In this document: positions 9,960 through 20,358 of the stretch, piece by piece
Position numbering within the stretch: position 1 is the first letter of the stretch
How the letters are laid out: each line of letters opens with the position of its first letter
Source of the DNA: Phycisphaeraceae bacterium
GTDB taxonomy: Bacteria > Planctomycetota > Phycisphaerae > Phycisphaerales > Phycisphaeraceae
Assembly: GCA_963674705.1 (NCBI GenBank)
Contig: OY771506.1
Span: 4,608,001 to 4,672,000, forward strand
Direction: 5' to 3'
Length of the DNA stretch: 64,000 bases
Position numbers and translations under genes: made by a program
The notes under the pieces: model-generated
What the model was told of the DNA's origin: nothing
The model's input: only the letters and a program-made list of their open reading frames with translations
Databases searched by the model: none

Positions 9960-10964
9960 TTAGTCGCCGGGCACGAGCATCGGCACGACGGTTACACAAA
10001 CCTGCCGATCGCTCTGGCCATGATCGATACGCCAAAAGAGTTGTTCCACCGCACGTCGCCCCATGGTGACCGGACCGATGTTCACGGATGCCGGGCGAGG
10101 ATGTAAGCCGATCAACGCCGACTTTTCATCATCACAACCGATCATCTCCAGATTCTTGTCCGGCCGAACCCCGTGCTTATCAAGCACGCGGTAGACCATG
10201 GCGACCTGCAGATCCAATGGAATAAACAGACCTGTTGGGCGCTGCTTGTCCGCCAAGAAAACCTTGACTTGTTCCTCCACTTGTTGCTCGAACATATCCA
10301 GGTTCAAATCACGCCGGCCGTCCCAAGTTGAATCGCTCTGCGAAACGTAACTGGATGACACGCAGCCGTGCTCTTGTGCAACAAATGCAAAATAACGGCA
10401 GCGTACATCAAGCACCGGGTTCTGACCCAGCGTGTTTAACACGCCTAAACGTTTATGCCCTCGCTCGATCAGGTATTCAGCAGCGATGCGCCCCACCGCT
10501 TCGTTGCCGGACAAAGTGACATCACCGTTGACTTCATGGTGCGAGGTCAACCAAACCGCGGGGATATCACTGATCTTTTCGAGCACCTCCGGGCTGGGCT
10601 GATGACCGATCAGGATCAAACCGCTGACCTGACGTTTACGCACGATGGCCGGCAAATGCTCGACCGCGGAGACGTGTGCGACCACCATGTCGTTCTGCCT
10701 GGAACGCAACTCATCCTCAACACCTTGAAGCATCAGGGAGCAGGAGGAGGTGAAGTGGTGGAACTGATTAACGTGGACAATCAGGACAGCCACGACGCCT
10801 TGCGCTGTTTTACGCTTGCGTGCAGCCGGATGGTAATTGAGTTTCCTCATCGCCTCACGGACACGTTTGGCGTTTTGCTCGGAAACGGATGGATATTGAT
10901 TGATGACCTTGGAAACGGTCGCAGGTGAGACGCCAGCCAGGTTGGCAACTTTCGTCACTGACAT
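9960..10964 (-). CDS. LacI-family transcriptional regulator
   Basis: N-terminal HTH SVTKVANLAGVSPATVSKVIN; sugar-binding domain (YLIERGHKRLG, IGCDD). The start codon is uncertain (10964 or 10973). Confidence 0.9.
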   Translation of the reverse strand: MSVTKVANLAGVSPATVSKVINQYPSVSEQNAKRVREAMRKLNYHPAARKRKTAQGVVAVLIVHVNQFHHFTSSCSLMLQGVEDELRSRQNDMVVAHVSAVEHLPAIVRKRQVSGLILIGHQPSPEVLEKISDIPAVWLTSHHEVNGDVTLSGNEAVGRIAAEYLIERGHKRLGVLNTLGQNPVLDVRCRYFAFVAQEHGCVSSSYVSQSDSTWDGRRDLNLDMFEQQVEEQVKVFLADKQRPTGLFIPLDLQVAMVYRVLDKHGVRPDKNLEMIGCDDEKSALIGLHPRPASVNIGPVTMGRRAVEQLFWRIDHGQSDRQVCVTVVPMLVPGD

Positions 10965-11774
10965 GCAAGCCATTCTAAAGAGCGTTGGAAATACTGCAAG
11001 CATTTTTCCGGAATATTATGGGAAATTTTTCGGAAAAACTATTCGATAAAACGAATATGCCTGTAAATAACTGTTTATTATTTATTTATACAATATATAT
11101 TGCTTACCGCTGCCATGAATGCAAGCACGGTCATGGGGTCGGGCTATCGATCTCAGCCATTTTGCCATGACATATAGCCGTGTGGCCCCCGGTCGGTTGT
11201 TGGCGATTACAGCGACTCGTACTGCTCCGAAAGCCTCAGATCGGCGTCACACGCTTCTGTGCGGTTCGGTGACTTGAGGACACAAGATGGTGTCAATCTC
11301 TCGGTATTGCGTCTTGGGTGGGCTTGGCTGGCGTGATAGTAGCAGTCAGGCTTATCGCGCCATCAACTTTGCATCATTTAAGCCACTTCTTGCGAATGCG
11401 TTCTCACAGATGGATTGCACTGATCTTTGCATTGAATGATATAAGTGAACAAACGATGTCCCTTTGGATTAAACACATGCTGTAAGCGGCCGGTTTTTAG
11501 ATCAATCCGGTTGGTGTGTTGTTACATGCGCATATCCCTGCCAAACGTGTGATTCAGCAACTGGTTTTAATGAATGAGACACAAGGTTTCAATCGTTTCG
11601 CGATGGCGAAAGACGGGCCTGTCTTTTGCAAACATGGGACAGCAATCATTGCTACATTATGTGTGCTCCAGGACAGGGTAGTCGGAGGAACAGGCAACCC
11701 ACTGATGCTGAAAACCGGGGTGGTTGCCGGGCAAAAAAGGCCCCCGAACCAGGAGCACATGAAGGGGATTTCAC

Positions 11775-12497
11775 GTGTCTCAGTTTCTTGAAGCATGCAC
11801 GCAGAGTCCGGTGAACCTGGCCTTGTCAGTGTTGCTTGTGCTGATCCTGATCTACTGGATCATTGTCTTTGTCGGCGCGGTCGGCATGGACAGCCTGGAC
11901 CTCGATCTGGACATCGATGGCGAACCGGATTTTGATATCGACCTGGATGTCGACGCGGATGTTGATGTGGATGTTGATGTTGATGTTGATGCGGACGTCG
12001 ATGTGGACACGGACGGCAATCTGTTTCACGCGGGGATAGGCACTTCTATCCTGAAGTTCTTCCACATCGGTACCGTTCCGGTGCTGGTGTTGCTATCCGT
12101 ATTCGTTCTGACGCTCTGGGCGATCGGCGTGCTGAGTTATCGTTGGATCGGCAGTTGGGGGGTGGTGTTGCAACTGCTGATGGTCATCCCCTTCGCGATT
12201 GTGGCGATATTCCTGACCAAGATCGTCACCACGCCGTTAAATGTTTTGTTCAAGAAGATGCAGGAGCAGGAGGATGCAGAGCAAAAGGTTGATTTGATCG
12301 GCCAGCGCTGCATCGTCGTGTCTCTCACGGCCGACCACAGGCACGGCCAGGTCGAGGTGCAGACGGAAGGCGCGCCGTTGCGATTAAATGTTGTGACGGG
12401 GGACACGGGCGCTGAGCTTAAAAAAGGTGATGAAGCGGTGCTTGTAGCTAAAAGCAGCACCCCAGGCGTTTATACCATCCGAGGTTTTGATCTATAA
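11775..12497 (+). CDS. YqiJ/DUF1449-like membrane protein with a C-terminal NfeD-like OB-fold
   Basis: N-terminal TM; Asp-rich (D-hydrophobic)n loop; FFHIGTVPVLVLLS; further TMs; LIGQRCIVVS...GQVEV...G+EAVLV OB-fold. Lies directly upstream of the flotillin gene. Confidence 0.75.
   Translation: MSQFLEACTQSPVNLALSVLLVLILIYWIIVFVGAVGMDSLDLDLDIDGEPDFDIDLDVDADVDVDVDVDVDADVDVDTDGNLFHAGIGTSILKFFHIGTVPVLVLLSVFVLTLWAIGVLSYRWIGSWGVVLQLLMVIPFAIVAIFLTKIVTTPLNVLFKKMQEQEDAEQKVDLIGQRCIVVSLTADHRHGQVEVQTEGAPLRLNVVTGDTGAELKKGDEAVLVAKSSTPGVYTIRGFDL
11897..12014 (+). repeat. Coding hexanucleotide-period repeat (GAYSTN-like, e.g. gatgttgatgtggatgttgatgttgatgtt) encoding DLDLDID...DVDADVDVDVDVDVDADVDVDTD
   Basis: Directly visible period-6 repeat. 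Confidence 0.8.
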
Positions 12498-12511
12498 GCG
12501 GGAGTTCGATC

Positions 12512-14632
12512 ATGACAGGTTTACTGCTCAATTTAGCGGAAATCGACGGGGCAATGATGGGGACCATTATCGTCATTGTGGTTTTTCTTTTTGTGCTCAT
12601 ATTGGGCATCCTTGGCATGATCGCCAAGTTCTATGTCAAGGTCGAACAAGGCACGTCCCTGGTTCGCACGGGTATCGGCAAGACGCGCGTATCGTTCTCA
12701 GGCATGGTGGTTGTGCCGATCATGCACCGCAAGGAGTTCATCGATATCTCGGTCAAGCGGATCGAAATCTATCGCCATGGCAGTGAGGGTTTGATCTGCC
12801 GGGATAACGTGCGTGCGGACATCAAGGTTGCGTTTTTCGTGCGTGTTAATAACGCCGCGACGGACGTGCTCCAGGTCGCGCAATCCATCGGCTGCAGGCG
12901 GGCCTCGAACCAGGAAGCGCTGGTCGAGCTGTTTGACGCGAAGTTCTCCGAAGCTTTGAAAACCGTCGGCAAGGCGTTCGACTTCACCGAACTGTATACC
13001 GAACGCGAGCGATTCAAGAATGAAATCCTCGCCCACATCGGCACGGACCTGAACGGTTATGTGCTGGACGACGCAGCGATCGACTACCTCGAACAGACCG
13101 AGCTGAACAAGCTCGATCCGAACAATATTCTGGATGCCGAGGGTATCAAGAAGATCACGGACCTGACGGCCCACGAAGCCGTGCTCTCCAACAGCATCAC
13201 GCGCGAGAAAGAAAAGACGATCAAGAAGCAGGACGTCGAGGCGCGTGAAACCATCCTCGAGCTTGAACGCCAGCAGGCGGAAGCCGAAGCCAAGCAGGCC
13301 CGCGAAATCGCGACGGTCCGCGCCCGCGAGGTGGCGGAGTCTCAGAAAGTCGAACAAGAAGAACGGTTCAAGTCTGAGAAGGCGCGCATCGCCACCGAGG
13401 AAGAGCTGGGCGTTGCTGAAGAGAACAAGTTGCGTCAGATTCTTGTGGCTGAGCGTGCCAAGCAGCGTACCGATGCGATCGAGACCGAACGTGTCGCACG
13501 TGAGAAAGGCCTGGAAGTCACCGAGCGTGAGCGTGTTGTGGAACTTGCACGTATCGAAAAGGAAAAGGCGCTGGAAGTCGAGCGTAAGAAGATCCAGGAT
13601 GTGATCCGCGAGCGCGTGGTGGTCGAACGTGCGGTGGTCGAAGAACAGCAGAAGATCAAGGACACGGAAGAGATCATGACCGCCGAGCGTGCCAAGACGG
13701 TGCAGGTGACGCAGGCAACGGCCAAGGCGGAAGAGGACAAGGTCAAGGAAGTCAAGAAGGCCGAGGCAAGCAAGCTGGCGAGCCAGTTCGAGGCGGACGA
13801 GATCCTGATCGAAGCCGAGGCCCAGCGTCAGGCGGCGGAGAAGCAGGCGATGGCGAAGATGAAGCTTGCCGAAGCGCGTCAGGCGGAAGTTGCAGCGGAA
13901 GGTTTGGCGGAAGCGGAAGTGATGGACGCGAAGGCGGGCGCTGTGGCGAAGTACGGCACGGCCGAGGCGGACGTGATCCAGAGGAAGCTGGAAGCCGAAG
14001 CAGAGGGCGATCGGGCGAAGGCCGAGGCCATCCGCGCCAAGGGCGGCGCCGAAGCCGAGGTGATGGCGCAGAAGTACACGGCGGAAGCTGAGGGCGTCGC
14101 CGCCAAGGCCGAAGCGATGAAGAAACTCGACGGCGTGGGCAAGGAACACGAAGAGTTCAAGCTCAAACTCAACAAGGACCTGCAGGTCGACCTCAAGTCG
14201 ATAGACATCCACAAGGACATCGCTGCGGAGCAGGCGAAGGTGCTGGCCGAGGCGCTCAAGAGCGCGAAGATCGATATCGTCGGCGGCGAGAACGAGTTCT
14301 TCGACACGATCATCAATGCCATCACGCGTGGCAAACAGGTCGATCGCTTCATCAACAATTCGGAGCATCTTTCGCATCTGTCCGGAGCATTGCTTAGCGG
14401 CAACGGCGACGGGAGCTCGCTTGCCGATCGGATCGCGGGCCTCGTTAATCGGTTCGACCTGGACAGTGAAGATGTCAAGAACCTCAGCATCGCGGCGCTG
14501 ATCGGGAAGATGATTGCCGAGTCGAGTGACAAAGGGCTCATCCAGGAACTCAAGAACCTGCTGAGCCTTTCCAAGGCGGCAGGCTACGCTGACAAGAAGC
14601 TGGCCGCCCTGGACGTCAACCGGCTGGATTGA
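12512..14632 (+). CDS. Flotillin/SPFH-family membrane scaffold protein (YqiK-like)
   Basis: N-terminal TM; SPFH motif GLICRDNVRADIKVAFFVRVN; long Ala/Glu/Lys coiled coil with AEA repeats. Confidence 0.88.
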   Translation: MTGLLLNLAEIDGAMMGTIIVIVVFLFVLILGILGMIAKFYVKVEQGTSLVRTGIGKTRVSFSGMVVVPIMHRKEFIDISVKRIEIYRHGSEGLICRDNVRADIKVAFFVRVNNAATDVLQVAQSIGCRRASNQEALVELFDAKFSEALKTVGKAFDFTELYTERERFKNEILAHIGTDLNGYVLDDAAIDYLEQTELNKLDPNNILDAEGIKKITDLTAHEAVLSNSITREKEKTIKKQDVEARETILELERQQAEAEAKQAREIATVRAREVAESQKVEQEERFKSEKARIATEEELGVAEENKLRQILVAERAKQRTDAIETERVAREKGLEVTERERVVELARIEKEKALEVERKKIQDVIRERVVVERAVVEEQQKIKDTEEIMTAERAKTVQVTQATAKAEEDKVKEVKKAEASKLASQFEADEILIEAEAQRQAAEKQAMAKMKLAEARQAEVAAEGLAEAEVMDAKAGAVAKYGTAEADVIQRKLEAEAEGDRAKAEAIRAKGGAEAEVMAQKYTAEAEGVAAKAEAMKKLDGVGKEHEEFKLKLNKDLQVDLKSIDIHKDIAAEQAKVLAEALKSAKIDIVGGENEFFDTIINAITRGKQVDRFINNSEHLSHLSGALLSGNGDGSSLADRIAGLVNRFDLDSEDVKNLSIAALIGKMIAESSDKGLIQELKNLLSLSKAAGYADKKLAALDVNRLD

Positions 14633-14735
14633 GCGGACCTGAGCAATCGAATAGTGAAACCGTATCGTGGCAGATTCGTAACAGATCGGGTTCACGCGAC
14701 ACGCGCCCGGTGATCAACTTAACAGTGGCATCGCG

Positions 14736-17700
14736 ATGGCTGAGCAAAGTAACTCTCCAACACAACCGCCCGAAGAGGCGCAGGCCCAGGATCAGATCGA
14801 TCAGGGCGCGTACGAGGTTATCCGCAACCGGCTGAATACGCACGGCAAGGAACTGCGTAAACGGCTTGATGAGCTTAACGCGCATCGCAAGGAAGTGTTC
14901 GGCTCCATCGAGTTCAAACTCACCGGGACCGACAGGATTACCACTTCTCACAACTGCGTCCCGCGCGACATCGTTGCGATCGGCGGACGTTTCCTGATGG
15001 GCTTCAATGTCCACTTCGGGCTCAAGACGCATGTCGATCTTAACGATGTGTTTGCGGTGTATCGGTTTGAGGGTGGTTCATTCCACGAAGAAGACCTGTC
15101 GCTGCTTGATGATGCGGAATTCCTCAAGGACTTCACGGACCTGTTCCGTTTCTACAAGAACGCCAAGTTTGCCAAGTTCTTCCGGCGTGGGCCGCATCTT
15201 TATATGAAGTTCCATGTCGGCCGGGATGTCGACGACTTTAAGGCTTTTAAATGGGCCTTTGAAGACGGGACGCTGCGCTACATGGGTAATCGCTCGGATC
15301 ACGAGGTGACTTACCCCGAGCAGCACGACTTCCAATGGCAGCGCGTGACGCGCGACATGCAGACGCAGGGCGCATTCCCGCATTATTCGATCAATGACCT
15401 GGTGTTCGTGGAAACCACGGGTGGGGACCTGACCATTAAGGTCGAGAACAACACCGACAGCGGTGAAGGCATCTACGCTGAGCCGGTTGACAATCCCGAT
15501 CAGGCGCTGGACGACGCGGAAATCTATTACGCGATACACGGCCACCTCGTTTTGCTGCGCATCCGGCCGTACCAGGAAGATGCTTACCGATACTTCATCT
15601 TCAATACGAAGCTACAGGAAATCATCCGCGAGGATAGTATCGGCGAGGCCTGCGTGCTGCTTCCGGAGGATCACGGATTGGCTTTCACACGCGGTTACTA
15701 TCTTGCCTCGGGCAAACACCAGCACTTCCCGGGGATCCCTCATGGCCTGCTGTTTGAACGCAAAATCATCGCGCCTAACGGTGAAGACTTTGCCTATATC
15801 TTCTATCACAGGCAGCAAGGCACGTATGTCATCCTCCCCTACAACCTCATCGACCAGTCCGTCGACATGCCCGTCCTCACAAGCGGCTATGCGTTCTTCG
15901 GCGACGGGCAGGTCGTCATGTTCAATTCTCCGGAGGATGCCGAGCCACAGAAACATCATGCCATCCAGATCTGGCAGACACCTTTCGTTGGCCCGGACTT
16001 CGTCACCCAACACGAGCATGATTCGTTCCTGTACAAGGTCGGCAACCGTGACATCGTCCGTGGTATGGCGGAGTGCGTTGAGGTACTCGGGCTGATCAAC
16101 CGCGAAGAGCTTTACACCCAGCTTTACATCGACCTGGTCAAAACCGCTTCCGATCTGCTGGATTCATACTTCTGGCTCGACCATGAAGAGGCGTCCAACG
16201 TGGCCGAGCCCCTCCAGCAGATCAAGTCGGCGGCGCAGGCGGCGGTGAGTGAATACGAAAAGGTCACACGCATCCGCCGGGCGACCGAGCGGCAGGTCAA
16301 GGATGTCACCAACGAGGTTGATGAACTGATCAATCGCAACGCTGCGCGGATTTACGACAGCATCCTTGTGTTCGTCGAGGCGCTGGCCGGATTGCGCGAG
16401 CTGCGCGGACGTGTGATTACGCTGCGCGAACTGCGATATATTGATCCGGATCATGTCGACAAACTCGAAGAATCGGTGAAGGAACAGACCGAGGATTTGT
16501 CGAAGCGTTGTGTGCAGTATTTGCTCGTCCCGGCTTCGCTGGACCCGTACCGCCGGTCTGCTGAAGTGCACGACGAGCGGATCGACGATCTTAAGAAAGG
16601 CGCCGACGCAAAGGAACTGGCGGAGGAAGTCCAGAACAGCGCCGATGAGTTGGAGATGCTGATCGAGATCGTCAGCAACCTGCATATCGACGATGCGACG
16701 CAACGTACGGAGATCATCGACAACATCTCGACGATATTCAGCCAACTGAACGCGACGCGGTCACGGTTGCGCAACAAGCAGCAGGAGCTTGGCCGAACCG
16801 AAGGTGTCGCGGAATTCAACAGCCAATTGAAACTGCTGAATCAATCGGTGGTCAATTACCTGGATTTGTCGGACGATTCGGAGAAGACCGACCAGTACCT
16901 GACCAAGGTGATGCTTCAGCTTGAAGAACTCGAGGGGCGATTCGCTGAATACGACGACTTCATCCTGCAACTCACGGAGAAGCGTGAGGAGATTTATACC
17001 GCGTTTGAAAACCGCAAGCTTCAGCTTACGGAGAAACGCAACAAGCGGGCCGAGGCGTTGGGACAGGCGGCGAGTCGGATCCTCCAGAGCGTCCAGTCGC
17101 GCGTCCGCTCGATGGAGCAGATCAACGAGATCAACAGCTACTTCGCCAGCGATCTGTTGATCGACAAGATCCGTGACATCATCGCGAATCTTACAGCGTT
17201 GGAAGACACTGTCCGTGTCGATGATATCCAATCGCGTTTGAAGACGATCCGCGAGGATGCGGTTCGGCAGCTCAAGGATCGCAAGGACCTTCAGGCGGAC
17301 GGGAAGAACACGATCCGCTTCGGCAGGCATATCTTCTCCGTCAATACCCAGCCGATCGACCTGACGACGATCGTCCGTGATGATCGGATGCAGTTGCACC
17401 TGACGGGCACTCAGTTCTTCGAGCCGATCGACGATCCACGTTTGAACGAGACACGTGATGCATGGTCGCAGGAGATCGTGTCGGAAGATAACAAGGTCTA
17501 CCGCGCGGAGTATCTTGCGTACTTGTTGATGCGAGAACTGCTTGCCGGCGATCCTGATGAGCTTCAGAAGCTGTTGATCGGGGACCCGGCCGATCTGCAC
17601 GAGCGTGTCAGGCAATTCATGGGGCCGCGTTACGATGAGGGCTACACCAAGGGTGTACACGATAACGACGCGACGATCATCCTGCGTGCATTACTGCAAA

Positions 17701-20321
17701 CGCACAACGCGATCGATCTGCTGCGCTACCGCAGTGATGCACGCGCGCTTGCCAACCTGTGGTGGCGGTCGCTGGGTAACGATGAACTGCGAAGACTGCT
17801 GTCCTATCGGTTAAGCGGGTTCGGCTCGATCGGGAAGGTCTTCCCCGATGCGAAGGAGCAGAAGACATACATCAAAGAATTGACGCAGCACATCAGAAAG
17901 TACGCCGAAGCGCACGCGCTACTTAACAGCGAGCTTGCCGACGATGCGGGTGAGTACCTGTTTTATGAATTAGTGAACGACAGCATGTCCGGCGGGCCGA
18001 TCGTGAGCCCGGAGGCATCGGAGCTTTATAATGCATTCCAGGAGCATCTGCGTAATACACATTCGGTCAAGCAGTACCAGGCATCGGTGAAGGTGCTGGC
18101 CGGGACGTTGATCGCGAAGTTCAGCCTGGTGCGCGACTGGGCCAAGGCATATCTGGATGCGAACAAGCAGTACCCGTCAGAAGTCTACGGGCAATACCTG
18201 GATGAGCTGGCGCTACTGCTGTTTGATGATGCGAGCGGACATCGTGTGCATGCGGCCAGCGTGCGGGTTGAATTGGATGGCTTGATCGGTTCGCATCCAT
18301 TGATCAACAGCGGGAAGTACACGCTTGATTACAACGCGTTTATCACTCGGCTCAACCACTTCGCGACAGTGAAGGTGCCCCGCTATCAAGCTTACACGCA
18401 GATGAAGCACGACGTGCTGGATGAAGCGCGCGATGAGATGCGGATCGATGAGTTCAAGCCGAAGGTTTTGACTTCGTTTGTTCGCAACAAGCTGATCGAT
18501 CGTGTGTTCCTGCCGCTGGTGGGTGATAACCTTGCCAAGCAGATGGGCACCGCCGGCGCGGAGACGCGCACGGACAGGATGGGTTTGCTGCTATTGATCT
18601 CCCCGCCCGGCTACGGCAAGACGACGCTGATGGAGTACATCGCGAACCGGCTTGGCGTCGTGTTCATGAAGATCAATGGCCCGGCTATCGGGCACGCGAT
18701 CAACTCCATTGACCCTTCCGAAGCCACCAACGCCGCGGCACGCGAGGAGCTTGAAAAGCTCAACCTCGCTTTCGAGATGGGCGACAACGTCGTGATCTAT
18801 GTCGACGACATCCAGCACACGGGCTCAGAGTTTTTGCAGAAGTTCATCAGCCTGTGCGATGCGCAGCGGCGGATTGAAGGTGTTTATAAAGGAAGAACAC
18901 GCACGTACGACTTCCGCGGGCGCAAGGTAGCGGTGGTTATGGCGGGCAACCCTTACACTGAATCGGGCGAACGGTTCAAGATTCCCGACATGCTCGCCAA
19001 CCGTGCCGATACTTACAACCTCGGTGACATCATCGGCGATCATGGTGATGCGTTCCGCCAGTCGTATCTTGAAAACTGCCTGACCTCGAACCCGACGCTT
19101 AATCCGCTTGCCTCGCGCAGCCAGAAGGATATCTACGGTGTCATCCAGATCGCCGAGACGGATAGCCGGGAGGGTGTGGAACTTGAGGGAAATTACAGTC
19201 GCGAGGAAGTCGAAGAGATGGTCACGGTGATGAAGAAGCTGATCACCGTGCGCGACGTGATCTTGCGAGTGAACGAGCAGTACATCGCTTCGGCCGGCCA
19301 GGAAGAGCAGTACCGCACCGAACCGCCCTTCCAGTTGCAGGGTTCGTACCGAAATATGAACCGCATTGCAGAGAAGGTCGTCCCGGTGATGAACGATTCT
19401 GAACTGCGGACGCTGATCATGTCCAGCTACGAGCAGGACGCGCAGACACTGACAACCGGCGCAGAGTCGAATCTGCTTAAGTTCCGCGAGATGATGGGCT
19501 GGATCACGGATGAAGAAAATACGCGTTGGGAGCAGATCAAGCGCACGTTCCAACGGAATAACTCGGTCCGCTCGCTAGGCGGCGATGAACGGACCGCAGC
19601 GGTGCTGTCGCAGATGTCTGGGTTGAACCAGAACCTCGGCGACATCAAAGGCGCGCTGACCAGCGGGTTGTCATCGTTGAAACCCAACGGCAAGCAGGAA
19701 AAGACAAGCGAACCCGTGCGGATCGATCTGCAGCCGCTGGCTGAACAGATGGCACAGTTCGCCAAGAGCATGGATGGGATCCGTGACGCGGTACAGACGA
19801 CGCTGAAGCAATCGGCGAAGCAGAAAGACGAGGCGGCAGACAAACCATCAGCCGCCCCCCCTGCCGCCCTTGAAGCACGACTTGATGAACCGACGCTGCA
19901 GGCGATCCGCGACCTGACTTTCAAGATCAGCGAGCAGATGTCGGCGGTCGCAGCACCTAAGCATGTCGAGGTGGTTGCCGACGTGCCGGCCGATGAAAAA
20001 CCGGGCAAACCGGTTAAAAAGCCATCGGCAACGGCGCCCACGCCACCGGCGGTAGCGGTCCCAGCCGTGACGGGGCATGGGCCGTTCGAGGTCCGGGTGG
20101 TGAACAAGATCCCTGCGACGTTCCTGTATGTGATGAAAGAGCAGTTCGAGTTGATGAAGTCGTGGATGGAGCCGTTGACGCGCATCACCGCCGACCAGGA
20201 AGATCAGCTCAAGCAGATCCACGGCTCGATCGCGGATATCGTCAGCCGATACGACGATATGATCAATCGACTAGAAAAAACGCAGGATGAGGGCAATGAC
20301 GTTGCCGATAAGTTAGAGTAG
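14736..20321 (+). CDS. Large AAA+ ATPase (DUF3686 / 'DNA repair ATPase'-type) with long coiled-coil regions
   Basis: Walker A LLLISPPGYGKTT; Walker B VVIYVDDIQH; sensor region VVMAGNPY...MLANRAD; N-terminal GAYEVIRNRL; Pro/Ala-rich C-terminal extension. Confidence 0.8.
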   Translation: MAEQSNSPTQPPEEAQAQDQIDQGAYEVIRNRLNTHGKELRKRLDELNAHRKEVFGSIEFKLTGTDRITTSHNCVPRDIVAIGGRFLMGFNVHFGLKTHVDLNDVFAVYRFEGGSFHEEDLSLLDDAEFLKDFTDLFRFYKNAKFAKFFRRGPHLYMKFHVGRDVDDFKAFKWAFEDGTLRYMGNRSDHEVTYPEQHDFQWQRVTRDMQTQGAFPHYSINDLVFVETTGGDLTIKVENNTDSGEGIYAEPVDNPDQALDDAEIYYAIHGHLVLLRIRPYQEDAYRYFIFNTKLQEIIREDSIGEACVLLPEDHGLAFTRGYYLASGKHQHFPGIPHGLLFERKIIAPNGEDFAYIFYHRQQGTYVILPYNLIDQSVDMPVLTSGYAFFGDGQVVMFNSPEDAEPQKHHAIQIWQTPFVGPDFVTQHEHDSFLYKVGNRDIVRGMAECVEVLGLINREELYTQLYIDLVKTASDLLDSYFWLDHEEASNVAEPLQQIKSAAQAAVSEYEKVTRIRRATERQVKDVTNEVDELINRNAARIYDSILVFVEALAGLRELRGRVITLRELRYIDPDHVDKLEESVKEQTEDLSKRCVQYLLVPASLDPYRRSAEVHDERIDDLKKGADAKELAEEVQNSADELEMLIEIVSNLHIDDATQRTEIIDNISTIFSQLNATRSRLRNKQQELGRTEGVAEFNSQLKLLNQSVVNYLDLSDDSEKTDQYLTKVMLQLEELEGRFAEYDDFILQLTEKREEIYTAFENRKLQLTEKRNKRAEALGQAASRILQSVQSRVRSMEQINEINSYFASDLLIDKIRDIIANLTALEDTVRVDDIQSRLKTIREDAVRQLKDRKDLQADGKNTIRFGRHIFSVNTQPIDLTTIVRDDRMQLHLTGTQFFEPIDDPRLNETRDAWSQEIVSEDNKVYRAEYLAYLLMRELLAGDPDELQKLLIGDPADLHERVRQFMGPRYDEGYTKGVHDNDATIILRALLQTHNAIDLLRYRSDARALANLWWRSLGNDELRRLLSYRLSGFGSIGKVFPDAKEQKTYIKELTQHIRKYAEAHALLNSELADDAGEYLFYELVNDSMSGGPIVSPEASELYNAFQEHLRNTHSVKQYQASVKVLAGTLIAKFSLVRDWAKAYLDANKQYPSEVYGQYLDELALLLFDDASGHRVHAASVRVELDGLIGSHPLINSGKYTLDYNAFITRLNHFATVKVPRYQAYTQMKHDVLDEARDEMRIDEFKPKVLTSFVRNKLIDRVFLPLVGDNLAKQMGTAGAETRTDRMGLLLLISPPGYGKTTLMEYIANRLGVVFMKINGPAIGHAINSIDPSEATNAAAREELEKLNLAFEMGDNVVIYVDDIQHTGSEFLQKFISLCDAQRRIEGVYKGRTRTYDFRGRKVAVVMAGNPYTESGERFKIPDMLANRADTYNLGDIIGDHGDAFRQSYLENCLTSNPTLNPLASRSQKDIYGVIQIAETDSREGVELEGNYSREEVEEMVTVMKKLITVRDVILRVNEQYIASAGQEEQYRTEPPFQLQGSYRNMNRIAEKVVPVMNDSELRTLIMSSYEQDAQTLTTGAESNLLKFREMMGWITDEENTRWEQIKRTFQRNNSVRSLGGDERTAAVLSQMSGLNQNLGDIKGALTSGLSSLKPNGKQEKTSEPVRIDLQPLAEQMAQFAKSMDGIRDAVQTTLKQSAKQKDEAADKPSAAPPAALEARLDEPTLQAIRDLTFKISEQMSAVAAPKHVEVVADVPADEKPGKPVKKPSATAPTPPAVAVPAVTGHGPFEVRVVNKIPATFLYVMKEQFELMKSWMEPLTRITADQEDQLKQIHGSIADIVSRYDDMINRLEKTQDEGNDVADKLE

Positions 20322-20358
20322 AGTCATAAGCGTTTTGATCCTCCAGGATCGGTTGATC

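Noticed and set aside
11170..11774. Long intergenic region with short ORFs (11516..11791 etc.) and a weak hairpin near 11575-11625; possible riboswitch or sRNA
   Set aside because: I could not match a known RNA consensus by eye and the ORFs have no coding hallmarks. An Infernal/Rfam scan would settle it.
12698..14695. 665-aa minus-strand ORF
   Set aside because: It is the antisense shadow of the strongly codon-biased flotillin gene; L/R/G-rich with no recognisable motifs.
14736..20321. Interpretation as a DNA-repair or anti-phage nuclease/helicase
   Set aside because: No nuclease, helicase or SMC signature was recognised, and the context is membrane-scaffold genes. A defence role is not excluded but has no support here.
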